Below are positions 50,220 through 62,500 of a stretch of DNA of 64,000 nucleotides, piece after piece. This DNA comes from Haplodiscus bocki. Taxonomy: Eukaryota. The stretch spans positions 36,890,001-36,954,000 of the forward strand of contig OZ296651.1 of NCBI GenBank assembly GCA_965655095.1, given 5' to 3'. Below the pieces are notes generated by a model. The model did not search any database, was not told the origin of the DNA, and was given only the letters and a program-made list of their open reading frames with translations. A program made the translations under genes and the position numbers. The stretch's first letter is position 1; the number at the start of each line of letters is the position of its first letter.

Positions 50220-51495
50220 GGCACACTAGACAAGGCCTCGTCAACCTGACGGCCAGAACATGTTTTCTGGGAAACCATAGCCACTTGCTCACTCTTCGTC
50301 GACTCTGTTATGGTTGGCAAAGAATACACAGAATGAGATGCCACTCTATCTCCAACACTTGTCCCGGCCTGACTAGAGAACACTGACCTACTGGACGACT
50401 TTCCTCCACCTCTACCTCTACCAATTAGATTAGTTTTCAAGAGGAGGTCCTACAACATCTCAAATGACGCTAAAGACACTTCTAAACCTACAGCTCTGGC
50501 AAATTGTATAATCTGGTCTGAACTAAAGCTTGTTGTCTAATGTGTCGCATCCAAATGAATAGGAGGGTTATGTTCAAAAAAATCCTTCAATAAATTTTTC
50601 AATAAACTTTGGGATAGTATTTTGTACGAACAGCACCAATATCCGGCGGCCCTCCAAAGAAACCTACTGTAGGCACACGCACCATTCCATCACTCGACAC
50701 TACATGGGAACCAGGCCCCAACTCACCAGCATTTGCTCTAGCCATCATTTCCAACTCCGACAATCCGAATTCAGTTGAAGTTCTCTCTGGACAGTCACTG
50801 CTAAGTCATGACTTCACTGCATTAACTCTCCCAATTTCAATTCGCAATGCCACACTTTCTTCGTCGCTCCCATCTCCAAGTTCAAAGGTAACAATCTTTG
50901 GATGAAGCACACTTCCCAACTCAACCTCGGATCCAATAGCTTTCCGTTTACCATTAACACGAACAGCATTGTTTGATGTTGTCTAAGTCCGAATGATTCT
51001 CTCCAGGTAGACGGCATTATCCAAAAAGGTCACGTTTTCCGTAAACTGACCAGTAGTAACTCCTCTAACATCAGCTGTAGACCGTTCTTCTTCCAATACA
51101 GTCCCGAACTCTACTGGGGCATTTTCGATCAACTGCCGTAATTCACTGTCATCTAGCACGTCTAAGCCTTCACCAAGTAAATGACTCATGATAATATGAC
51201 TGTCATCACGAGTATCATCCTGAACGCTCTCAACAACATTGATCAAGTTAGGTACAATGACCCTCTCGGCGGACTCCATGTGGACTTCACCAACTGGCAT
51301 AAATTGCAAATCAACTATTCTTTTCTCGGTGGAGTCGTAACCACCACCACATTCCAAATCCGATTCGCTTCTTTAGGGAAGGTCTGGGAAGTTCTCAGTC
51401 CCTTCGGTGCTGCTATGCTTCAGCTCGTTGGATTCGTTCTCTAAACAAGGGAATCTAATAAATTTAGGTGGCAATTCGACAGCAAATTCGCCCAT
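50220..51495 (-). pseudogene. Antisense accessory ORF A of the Gypsy element, cut by the Polinton
   Basis: ATG at 51495 (MGEFAVELPPKF) is in frame with ORF 50983-51357 and continues through stops and a frameshift to 50204-50440 (..FARAVGLEVSLASF..); acidic, Ser-rich. Confidence 0.55.
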
Positions 51496-52432
51496 TTCGA
51501 AAACCGGACATCAATAAGCGGAAGCACGTGTTCATTCAAACTCAATTCAATCACGTGTTATCCTACTAGTGGAGAAAGGAAAATTTCTCTGGCCAAGCAA
51601 CTAAATTGCCCTCAGTTATCAAGTTGTTCTTGAATCAACATAATCTAACATAACAAATTGCATCAAAAAGCAACACTCAGCCAATTGTTAACAGCGACAA
51701 ACTCTTCTGACTCTCCACAAAAACCTGGTTTTTCCTCAGTCTACTCCAACACAAATTGACAGTCGCAATACTCCAAAACAAGTCCAACACAAACAATTAA
51801 CTAAACAAAAAACAATTCAAAAACAAAGTACAATAACAATTCAAATTCCGTCATTTTCTATAATATGAGATTCGTGGCTGTACGATATGGATTTTGTCAC
51901 AATATAGTCATTATTCATACTATATTACCTATCTAACAATATCTAAAAATTTACTATTTAGGTCAACTTCTGCCAGAGTTGCCTAACATTTGACCTTCCG
52001 TAATTCCGTTTTTACATCCTACATTAAAGCTTAATTCAATTTTTTTCATTTTTCCTCAAATTATTCAGGCTTCATGCTGATTGACTCTTCCTGTTACAAA
52101 AAGTGAGCTTACACTCACCAAAGTGAAGTGTCGCTTCACCTTCATCAACAGGGTCACTCGTGGTTATTTATGGCCACTCAAAACTGGAGTGTTACTATTG
52201 ACATTAAAAAAATTAGTTACAATCAAACATGAATCCTTTTAATCTAACCGCCTTAACCCAAGCAACCTGCTAAATTCAACGAAAAGCAAAATCCCGCAAA
52301 ATTTTCCACACGAAAACCCTCCAAAACTTTACCCAGCCTTCATTCATAGTTTCAACTTTCAACCAAACCAGTTGCTTCAATTCAAACAAACTTTCTTCAA
52401 TCACAGCACTACGATTTTTCTAAAAGAAAGCA

Positions 52433-53202
52433 ATGGCTGAAATGACCCCAATTTTCCTATTAGAAAAGATGAAGAACCGATGGCCACGGAGCCGATATAC
52501 CTCCTTTGCGATGAGAGCGAATACTCAACCCCCCATAAAACTCCTAACCATCATCATGAAACCATTTATCCTGATTCTATCAACCAACTACTAGCGTCAC
52601 AAATAGAACAACGGTCAAACTTGGGCACAGAGACCGTATTTTACCCACCGACCCCAAATACGTCTATGATATCTGACGATGAAGAACAATCGAATCTCAC
52701 TCCAATAATTGAAAACCCTGAACAAAATACATCGCAGATTCCGTGACGACGAAACCACCCAATACGAGTTTGCCAACATTTGCAGCCTGTTACAGACACG
52801 CCGGAATCGCCACCTCCAGAAGATCAAAGTCACAGAGACATTTTCCGTACCTACGATCTACCTAACCCATCGACATCAGCATCATATAGCAACCTCCCCA
52901 ATATCTCGACAGTGGCTGATGGGTTGCAAAATTTGACATTGCACGCCCATCCGGAACGCAATGAGTGGGTGAAGGGGTGTTTGGTCTGCGGAAAATCATA
53001 TGACCAGGTTATAGAAGAAACTGTTGCAGATTATCGCACCCAGACAGCTGAGCCAAGTGAGACAGTACGAGAACGTCAAATCAGAAGAAATGCTTTCATT
53101 GATTGTGTTCAGAGTGGAGTATTCACTTTTGTCCACCTGGGAGTGTCACAGGCTGCCGCCTGTGATGGCTTGATCTACTCTGTCAATTACAATTATTGTT
53201 AA
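52433..53202 (+). pseudogene. Sense accessory ORF3 running into the 3' LTR
   Basis: ORFs 52480-52746 and 52780-53202. The C-terminal domain WVKGCLVCGKSYDQV..FVHLG|VSQAAACDGLIYSVNY crosses the LTR boundary at 53144. Confidence 0.7.
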
Positions 53203-53806
53203 TGTTGCGATCTCAAGTACAATTGAGTTTTTAGAACAAACATGGTTTTTACTCGTGAGAAGAGACAGTCAAACAGAAGGCTCCTCAGCCAATTAGATGA
53301 TTTCGATCAGGATGTCATTATTGTTAATGTTGCTAGTGAAGAACGAGAAAATGCTGTAGTCAATGAAGGTAGTAATGACCAAGATTTTACCGTTGGTACC
53401 TCCAGTGGTAACTTAGTGACTAATGAAAACACGGTGAATCTGAAAACCTTGGAAAGATGTTTTAATGAAAGGATTGACGGGGAAATGAGCAATATTGTTG
53501 CTACGGTTGAAGACAGAATCCAGAAAGCATTTTTGACTGCTATCGATAGCATTGGTGCTCCTAAGATTGAATTAGCAATTAGGTCAATTAACGCGTCTTC
53601 TGGACGAGATGCGATCAGTGTTACAGCAAATTCAGAACGCGGGAAATATGTAAGGATTAATGCCTCTTTTAAAAACGCATCTGGAAACAACAATGTACTA
53701 CATGCATCAAACGTAAATGATGAGACTCGAAAAAACATTCTGGACGAGGTAAGTGAGTTGTCGGTCCCAGAAACACGTTTTGACCGGCAAACACACACTC
53801 ATCACA
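53144..53806 (+). repeat. 3' LTR with ~1.18-kb internal deletion (663 bp)
   Basis: 53144-53191 matches 22931-22978 and is joined directly to sequence matching 24157-24770; followed by TSD GCTGG. Confidence 0.9.
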
Positions 53807-53814
53807 GCTGGTAA
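53242..53814 (+). CDS. Intact LTR-encoded Gag N-terminal ORF (190 aa) in the 3' LTR
   Basis: Uninterrupted paralog of 24206-24770; stops 8 nt past the LTR end. Confidence 0.55.
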   Translation: MVFTREKRQSNRRLLSQLDDFDQDVIIVNVASEERENAVVNEGSNDQDFTVGTSSGNLVTNENTVNLKTLERCFNERIDGEMSNIVATVEDRIQKAFLTAIDSIGAPKIELAIRSINASSGRDAISVTANSERGKYVRINASFKNASGNNNVLHASNVNDETRKNILDEVSELSVPETRFDRQTHTHHSW

Positions 53815-55393
53815 CTTTACTTTTGGTTGCCTTTTCCAAAAAGTGGGCGTTATTTTTGCCTGCCATCAAATAGACCGCAGTCAAACGTTGTTTGGTGTCA
53901 CAGATCCCGAGAAAGTGACCACCTTTCGAGTTTTTAGAATTTTTGGAACTGAATCGAAGCACTTTTCACTTTGATTTTAAAAACAAATTCCACATTTTAC
54001 AGTAATTGACAAGGAAGGCAAGAACTTTTTGAAGCCTTTCCATTTGCTATGTACTAGTAACCTTCATTTTGGGAGCGCCGAATTCAAAACATGTCTTCTC
54101 GTTCTTTTGGGTCACCTAGAGCTGTAGTGCTTTTGAACAAACGGTTGACTAACAGTTGCCCTCCTAATTCAACTACCTCTGCGAGAGTGTTATTCAATAA
54201 TTTCCAGGATCTCCTTTTTCCGGAAATGCATTTTTTGGAATTTTGCATACCGTGTAATTTGGGTTAGTTTGATGTTTTTAATCACCATGCGTTGCGAAGT
54301 TCCACTTCGCCTCTCTGTTGGTTTTTCTGGAAGTGAGCAGTCGAAGGATAGGACATTTTTTAAAATGAAAATGACGAAAATCTGATGCTGTCTACCAAGC
54401 TTCAATATTGACGGATGGCAATTCAATTCATTTCTAAGTTTTTGCTAGAATTGATATCTTCGGAGAAATTACCTTCCACTGGCGATTATTAGCAAATCCT
54501 GGTAGTGGTAATGTACCGACGATGTGTGCCATTTTCCTGTTCTTAGTTTCAGTTAGTTTGTCTTGAGCAGTTGATTCAAACATTTCAGATTTTATTGATT
54601 GCTCATTTCCGTGCGAACATTGCGTGCAATTGCACCGTTTGTGGTTGCAAATAGCTGCTGCATGAACAACAAACTCAAGCCCAACTACACTGTAAAACTG
54701 GCGCGTGCAAAATTGCCTGCAAACGCAGGTATATTTACCTTCAGTTCGCAGGTAAAAAGGCCCCACACGCAGTTTACCTGCGTTACATGCAGTTTACCTG
54801 TAAAAAACAAGTAAATTTACCTGCGTCGACGCGGCAGGCACCTCGCACAGAATACACGCAAATTGCCTGCAGGCCCATGTAAATTTACCTGAATACCACG
54901 GGTTTTTTACAGGTAATTTTACATGCGGAACTCATACAAATTTGCCCGCGACTAGCATGCAAAATTGCCTGTTTCTGCAGGCAAAAATACATGCAATTTG
55001 CCGGCAAAAACACTAAAATCACAGGTAAAAATACCCGCCAAGCGCAAGCAAAAATAACTGCAAACGCCAGAAATAATACCCGCACAATCGCAGGTAAAAA
55101 TACCTGCAATTCCACACAAAATTACGTGCAATTGCAGGCAATCTGCTATCACACCGGGGGTAAAGTCAGCTGCAAATTGCAGGTAAATTAGCCAGTATCC
55201 TGCATGTGAAGTTAGCTGCAACTTGCGTGCTTTATTAAGTGCTATCGCGTGTATTCTGTGTGAGGTGCTTGCTGCGTAGAAGCAGGTATACTTACGTGTT
55301 TCTACAGATAAACTGCATGAAACGCAAGTAAACTGCGTGTGGGGCCTTTTTACCTGCGAATTGGAGATAAAGTTATCTGCGTTTGCAGGTAAT

Positions 55394-58300
55394 GCAATCG
55401 TGTCAAAAAACTATCATTAGTTGCGGGAAAGCTAGAATGCAAGACGCAAAAATATAGGAAGTAAAGTTGCAATGCATTGCTAAAGCTCAACAATCGATAT
55501 TACAAAATCCTATGGCTAAAAAGTACAGGCAGATTTGAAGAACAGACCAGAATACCCCTCAAACTGGCTATCGAAAAGATTTGATGTCGTCAAAAAAAAT
55601 TGAGCAATTCTTGCAGATTTCAGTCCATACAGATATGAAGTCAACAAAAAAAACCAAATTCCAACAAAAAAAAACAAAATCAATCCATTTGAGATCAAAT
55701 CAGTTTTGTAATCTAATTGCAAACGTTTCCGTAAAGGTGCAATACGAGGAAACTTCAACCTAAAACCTGACCCACGGATGAAAAAAAACCCATTTTTAAA
55801 AACGACGAAACTATATTCACCAATACAACGAAGTAAAAGAGAAGCTGTATATCAATTCCTTCATTTATGTCTGAACAAAATTTGAGCACCAGGTCAAATA
55901 CATGTATGCTTCTCAAAAAGTTCAAACTTTTTCCAGTTTCTGCCAACCAGAAAAACATTTCCCGCACCAACTGTATTCACCAATTTAATGAAGTGGAAGG
56001 GAACCAGAATCAAAATTCCTTCATTTAAATCTGAACAAAATTTGAGCAGCAGCGGTCCAAGACATGTATGCATCTAAAATTGTTCAAGTTTCCTCCATTC
56101 TTCGCAAGCCAAAAACACACTTCTTCCGGCACGTGCAGGGCGGCCAACGATGAAGTGCAATGACAGGCTCCATTAACAGTATTCAAAACACAAACAATAC
56201 AGCACACGAAGTATAACATCAAAAGACAATAAACAAAAAAACTTTGAAAACAGACTAAGTGGTTTTCAGAAGTTATCAAAGAGTTACAACATCACAACTC
56301 GAGGAAACACTAGACCGCAAGACGCGCAAAGATCGGAAATAAATTTGCATCGAACTAAAAGGACTTCTCGTTGTGCATCGGATACGAGTCCTCCTTGGGC
56401 CTTTCCTTCTCCAGTTTTTTGTTGACGATGTTTTAAGTTACGTTTTGTTTTAGTCCAATAAGATCTTTTACTACGTTTTTTCTTCTTCAAGTTTTGACTC
56501 CACGAAAATGCACCTTCTTGATTCTAACAAAGAAACAAAACCTCACCTGTACATTGCCGTTCCATTTCTGAAAGACGTAGAAAACTTCCTGCCGAAACAC
56601 TTCAGTACTATTTGGTCACTCCTTCACTGAAAAACTGGATTTTGGAACTATTAGGAAAATTTTTCCCTATGAGAAGCGTTCTTCCGCGTCCTTCCCCTTC
56701 AATAACAATCCAAAGTTTTTTTAAAATCCAGCAGTGTTAAATCTGATATAAAATGCACTCTTTTTCAAGTGGCATTGAAGATGAAGCCTTACTTTGCCTC
56801 ACATCATTTTTTCACTCGAGAATTGTGAAAGAAGTCAAAAAGTGACAACAGCCGGTTCCCAATCATTTTGGAGACAGTGAAGAAGTTTTTATTGGAATGT
56901 TTTTTCTGGATGACACATTGAAAAGCCAACATTGAACATTCCAATTTTCTTTGGAACATAATCAGTTTTTAAGGGTTTACCATTGACCTCAAAGGCAGCA
57001 AATGCTTACATTGGTCAAAATGTTAGGTGCTGGATAAAAAAAACATCCGTAGGTTTGAAAAAAGCCTAACTGACAGGAACAAAAAGGACTTCACGTAATT
57101 TAGCTGCGGGCGAAGGTAAATTTCTACCAGTTACCTGCGGAAACCCCAGGTAATCGTTACCTGCGGAGATTTTTGCCTGTATCCGCAGGTAATTTTACCT
57201 GAGGATCAGTTTACCTGCAGCCTTCGCAGGTAAATCTGCACGCACGTTTTACAGTATATGTACACGGCGGCTTGTACTTTTGATGTTCCACTTCGTGTAC
57301 TGTAATGTTTGTGGTTTGATTGATGTTAATTAGTCCTGTTATTTCGCATGCTCGTTGGTGGCCCTGGTGATGCAAGAAATTTTTTTCTGGTCTGCGGAAG
57401 CTAGAAAAAGCTAGAACGTTTTGAGATTCAAACACGTCCTTGACCTGGCGCTGAAAAGTTGCTCAGATAAAAAAGAGAGAAAATTGATATTTTCTCGTTT
57501 GTTCCCTTGTATTTTTAGTTATGGTTGCGTCAAACATTTTATTGAGTTCTGTTTTTCTTTGGGTCAGGTTTGAGATAGGAGTTTTCTGGTTTTGCAGTGT
57601 TACGGAAACGTTTGCAGTTGACCTCTAAAACATAGTTGTCCACCTATGATTGAGTTGTTGTTAGAAATTTTTGTTAAAGTACGACTCGTTTCGTCAATTT
57701 CATATCTGCATGACCTGAACTTTGCAAAAAATGCTCGTTTGCGTTTCCCTTTTGATGACTTGAAGTCATTTTGAAAAATAGTTTGAGACCTATTCTGGTC
57801 TGTTTTTTAAATTTGCCTGTATAATTTAGTTGTAGGTTTCAAATGTCGACCGATGAATTTAAGCAATCCTTACAATTATACCTCCTATGTAGGCGTGTCT
57901 CTGATTGCAAATTTCTCGCAGCTGGTAATGGACTTCTGGCTTGGTGACAATATCTGATATGGATGCGCAGGTGGAAAGTTTTCTTGGGTCAAAAAAGGGA
58001 AAATGTCGGACAACTCGAACTGTAAGCTTTCAACGCGCACGCATGATAAAAACTTAATTTTTTTCTGCCAACGGTCGTCTAATTATGCCTATAGTTTTAA
58101 TATATTACTTTCTTGAATTCTTTCTTTTTAACTCCGTTGCTGCGAAGCTTGCTTGAAACGTAAGAGTGCGAAATTTATGAGCAATATGGAAATATAAGCT
58201 TCTTAGCTAAGTTGAACCATCGAGAAATTCCAAGACAGCATTGTTTTGGAAAAGCATCGTTCTTATCTATTTTTGTGTTTTTAGATTGTATCAGTCTCCA

Positions 58301-58993
58301 CAAAAGCCGGAAGAGACGACTTTGAAATAAAAATTTTAGAAATCTCGCTGCCAGCAACAATTGGCGTCATTTCAAGAACCAAAAAATCTTGCTGAACAAC
58401 TAACTGTTCTAAATACCAGAAACTTTAGATTAACAGATGTCCTGAATTTATTTGGGTTGCAATGGAACTTGACTAAACTTTTAGAGCCAATTCAATGTTC
58501 ATCTTTTATGTTGCAATGGAACTTGACTAAACTTTTAGAGCCAATTCAATGTTCATTTTTTAGGTTCCAGTAAACAGAACATACACATTGTGTTTTTTGT
58601 GTATCAGGAGTGCAGAAAAGATCAAAAAGTGTTCGCTTTGAATAACGCATATGAAAATGAAGTTTCTTCAAAGACAACAAATATTTGGAAAACGAACCGT
58701 TGACAACGGTTGAAAAACATGAAATAATTTTCATTAAACTGAAAATGACGTAAATCTGAACGCAAGGCAGTCTTCTGCTCCGACGGGTACTTGACTTTAA
58801 CCAACAACATCATATAATTTCAAAACTTTCTATTTTGATGTCTGTCTTTCAAATGTGCCACAAGTTTTTAGCCATAAGATTTTCTAACATCATTTGTTGT
58901 GCGTTCGCAAACCGATCAAACTCTGCTTCCTATGTAAGGATGTCTACCATTGTAGCTTGCATGCAACAAATGATAGTTTTTCGACCTGATTGC
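55394..58993. mobile_element. Non-coding element with long TIRs nested in the foldback cluster
   Basis: GCAATCGTGTCAAAAAACTATCATT at 55394 vs AATGATAGTTTTTCGACCTGATTGC ending at 58993; an additional inverted copy at ~57540-57960. Confidence 0.55.
58456..58556 (+). repeat. Tandem duplication, period 54 bp
   Basis: GTTGCAATGGAACTTGACTAAACTTTTAGAGCCAATTCAATGTTCAT at 58456 and 58510. Confidence 0.95.
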
Positions 58994-59597
58994 GGGAGAT
59001 TTTAAACTCAGATTGAGGCATGTGAAAAGGCCGTACACGCAATTCACCTGTGGGATAAGCACCTGACGCAGCATTCACGCGACCGCAGGTAATGAAGAAA
59101 CCAAGTTGCGTTTAGCTTCGTCTGCAGAATGCAGGCTAACTTACGTGCAATTTCCAGGTGAATTTAACTGCGGTGTCATAGCAGATAGCCTGCAATTTCG
59201 GGTATATTTGCCAGAAATTGCGAGTACTTTTGCCGGCAAATGCGAGTTTTCTGCCTGCAAATTGCATGTAATTTGTCTGCAAATCGCGGGCAGAATTGCA
59301 TAAGTTCCGTATGAAAAATTACCTGTGAAATATCCGCTGTTTTCAAGCAAGCGAATTGCATGTAATCTGCACGAGGTGTTTGCCACGTAGACATGGGTAA
59401 ATGTACTCGTTTTGACAGGTAAACTTCAAGTAACGCATGTAATTGCGTGTGGTGACTTTTACATGCAGTCCCCAGGCGAATTTACCTGCAATTGCTGGTA
59501 ATTTTGCACACGTCAGCTTAACATTGTCGCTCATCCAAAAAACCGCATGAAAAGGGTTGGCACTGGAAAACTACTTTGCTTTTGGCTGAGTCATCGT

Positions 59598-62500
59598 TGT
59601 CACACGCTGCCGCCTGTGAGGGCCTGATCTACATAGTAAACTACGGCAGTCCCTGCACGGATCGGAGACTAAATCTTTTTGGTTTTTTCAAGACTAAATA
59701 TTGGCGGATTGTCAATGTGGAAAGACAAAAACGGAAGTATAAAATTTTGAACTCTTGTAAACACAAAATTTTCCCCATTTTCGTAACTCTGTAAGATTAC
59801 AACACTGGCAAGTCTGTCCCAATACAAAATTTACATTTGTTCTCTACTGAGCAACCTCAAAACTGAAAAAGATTGGTGCAACGGTTTGATTCTCTAACTT
59901 TTGCTCAACTCGTTCGAGTGAAATCTCAGCGCTGTAATGTTAGAGTTGTCAAACCACGTCACTAAAACCTAGTTTTGACTAATTTGGTCAAATTGACTGA
60001 TTGTCTCACTGCATGAAGGTAAAGACAGCAGAGATTGGTCGTGGTGACCATAGAGTTGCAAAAGTCAGTGAAAGTTGCTACGTATGCTTTGCATTTATAT
60101 ATTTCCATGAGACTACTTTATCATGGGAGAGTATATAAAAACAAACAATTTACTAAAATGCCCAATGAACCATTACTACAAATCAACAAGCCTTACAAAA
60201 TAGAAACATATAACTGAAGACAAGTCACAAAATAGGTCCTGGTGATCCACTCACTACCTTCGTTTCAATGTCCTTCTTGATTCAGAGCATATAGATCAAG
60301 TAAGGTGACCAAGGCCATAAGCTTTACATAGCCATAACATAACATGTCAAAGAGACTATTTTATTTAGAAGTGGATATGAACGGAACGCTAAGACTGAGG
60401 CTGTAACCAGTTGTCATTTACAGATCCTTAAGAATGATCACAAGGAAAATTGATTTACACATACACATTTTTGTCAAAAACGGAAACATTCTGCTATAGA
60501 ATAACCATTAAAGTCAACATTCAGAGCCAACTGAAAAAATAGCAGCCTTAACCTGTCCATTCGACTACGCTGGTACGATGAATGTGAGCCATACAGGGAC
60601 TGTCTTTGTCACATCATCAAGTGTCTGAGTTTGATTTTCCACTGAGAATGCCAACATATGAAATCTTGCTGTCGCAGAGCATGTGTAGTTAGAAGGGAGA
60701 GATTGAAATTGGAAATATTATTCGGTTCTAATTTTCTCTCTCGCTCAAGCGCTATTAAAGCAGCTGCCATCACAATTCAAACAGAAGTTTTGCTAATAAA
60801 CAGAAAGAGTCTCTAGAGCTTTTATCTCTCTATTTTCATTGCCTTGCTAGCTCCGCGAACAAAGATTGCGTAAGTTCGATAGCAAGGACTTTATGAGCGA
60901 CGAAAGGGAAAGAGAAAATGAATATAATCAATTATTCAGTCAGCCGAGGAAATCCAATATGTTCAAGTAAAAATGAAAGAGAAACAGCCCGAAATGGGAA
61001 CTGAGTCATATCTCAGTGCAAGTAATGCAGGTGGGGTAAGGGGGAAATCAGTATCTATTCCATATCGTTCGCAACAGCGGTCTCCTTATAGATTTACAAT
61101 TTCTTCAATCCAAGGATTTATCCCTCCATAGCTATTTTATCCCCTATTTTGTAAATAGTCCTGAAAATTCGTCGGCTCTACAGAAATTTATCCAAAGTAA
61201 CAAAAATACAAAATCATCAGAAATCGAGAACAAAGATGATCGAAATTAGGACGCTAACACATTTAAAATAGAAATCTTGAAATAGAATAATCATTTATAA
61301 AATTTTACAAAACTTCGGAATAGATAGAATCCATCCGAAATGCAAATAACATGAAGAATTCCAAAAAACCAAATTGTAAGTTAATCTCTAAAAAAACTCC
61401 CAAATATTGTTGTGTGGGATGCATTCAACGCAAGATAAAGTAATACGGGCAATTATTTTTCTTATTTGCGCCAGGCAGGAGACTTTGTTCTCCGACTTCT
61501 CTAGCACTGTTTTTTTTTTGTTTTTTATGGTTGGTTTCAATTTTTTGTTAGTTTTACTTTTTCTGTTGTTAAATTTATGTGATATATAATATCTTATCTT
61601 TTAGTCTACACTCAGTACTTGCGTTAGCATAGCAACTAATTCAGGTAGCTTAATTTTCCTCGAACTTTCCAAACCGTCAATAAATCACCGGATTTATTGG
61701 CGGGGTTTGATCTGTTTTAAATTTTGTCTATTACTCAAGTAAAAGCTCGCTTTCTGGCGTCAACCTGGTGATGTTTTTTTAGTCCTTTTTCCTCCGACCG
61801 AGATTTTTGCTCGGACTTTACGGATGGAATTTTTTAGAATATTGTAAATTGTCAGAGAGATATACTCTTTCTGAAGTAGAAAACTCTTTAGCTAACGGAT
61901 ACCTTTGATGGAGTCGGACGTTCTGCTGGTAACTCGGGGACTCTCCTCTTGTAGATTTGACTTGCGAAGGAGCTGAATAGGGAATTTCGAATCAATGGAG
62001 AGAATAGAATTGTTTGAATGTTACAAGGAAAAAAGACTTTTTCTGCATATTTAATCCATATCTCGGAGTTGAGAATGACTTCTAATACCACGGAAGCACA
62101 CGAGGTGAGATTTGATATTTGTAACGTCATTTCTCTTTTCCTAGAAAACTTTTGAGGGTCGTACAGTTTAAGATCCACTCATGCGTCAGAACCCGAGTTC
62201 GTCAGCGGAATCCGCACACACTATTACTGAAGTTGGCGTTAGTGGACACTTTTTAGACTCCAGCGGCAAGAGTATAGAATAAATAAAAAGTTGTGCAATA
62301 TAAGATTCACTCTTGTTTCAGAACCAAAGTTCATCCACGATATCAGCACACGCCAATGCCGCAGCTAGTGTTGGTGGACACCGTTTAGACTCCGGAGGCA
62401 ACAGAATAGAATTTGTAGGCAGAAAGAGGGAAAATTTTCTAAGTCAGAAAGAAAATGGGACTTAGAATATTTTTGCGAGATTGGAATGATTTTGCGATGG

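Larger units (their letters stand above)
22931..53806 (+). mobile_element. Full-length Ty3/Gypsy LTR retrotransposon with extra ORFs (~14.2 kb without the nested Polinton)
   Basis: TG...CA termini; identical 5-bp flanks GCTGG at 22926-22930 and 53807-53811; gag-PR-RT-RH-INT order; two LTR copies. Confidence 0.92.
54688..59525. mobile_element. Cluster of non-autonomous foldback DNA elements (CACTGTAAAA termini, TTACCTGC repeats)
   Basis: TA|CACTGTAAAA at 54688; 54712-54860 is inverted at 55247-55393; TTTTACAGTA|TA at 57256; related copy at 59000-59525. Confidence 0.65.

Noticed and set aside
52433-53202. ORF3 as an envelope gene
   Set aside because: No signal peptide, furin site or transmembrane segment; mostly acidic and Pro-rich.
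60552-60680. Possible minus-strand host exon
   Set aside because: All three frames contain stops and no domain is recognisable.
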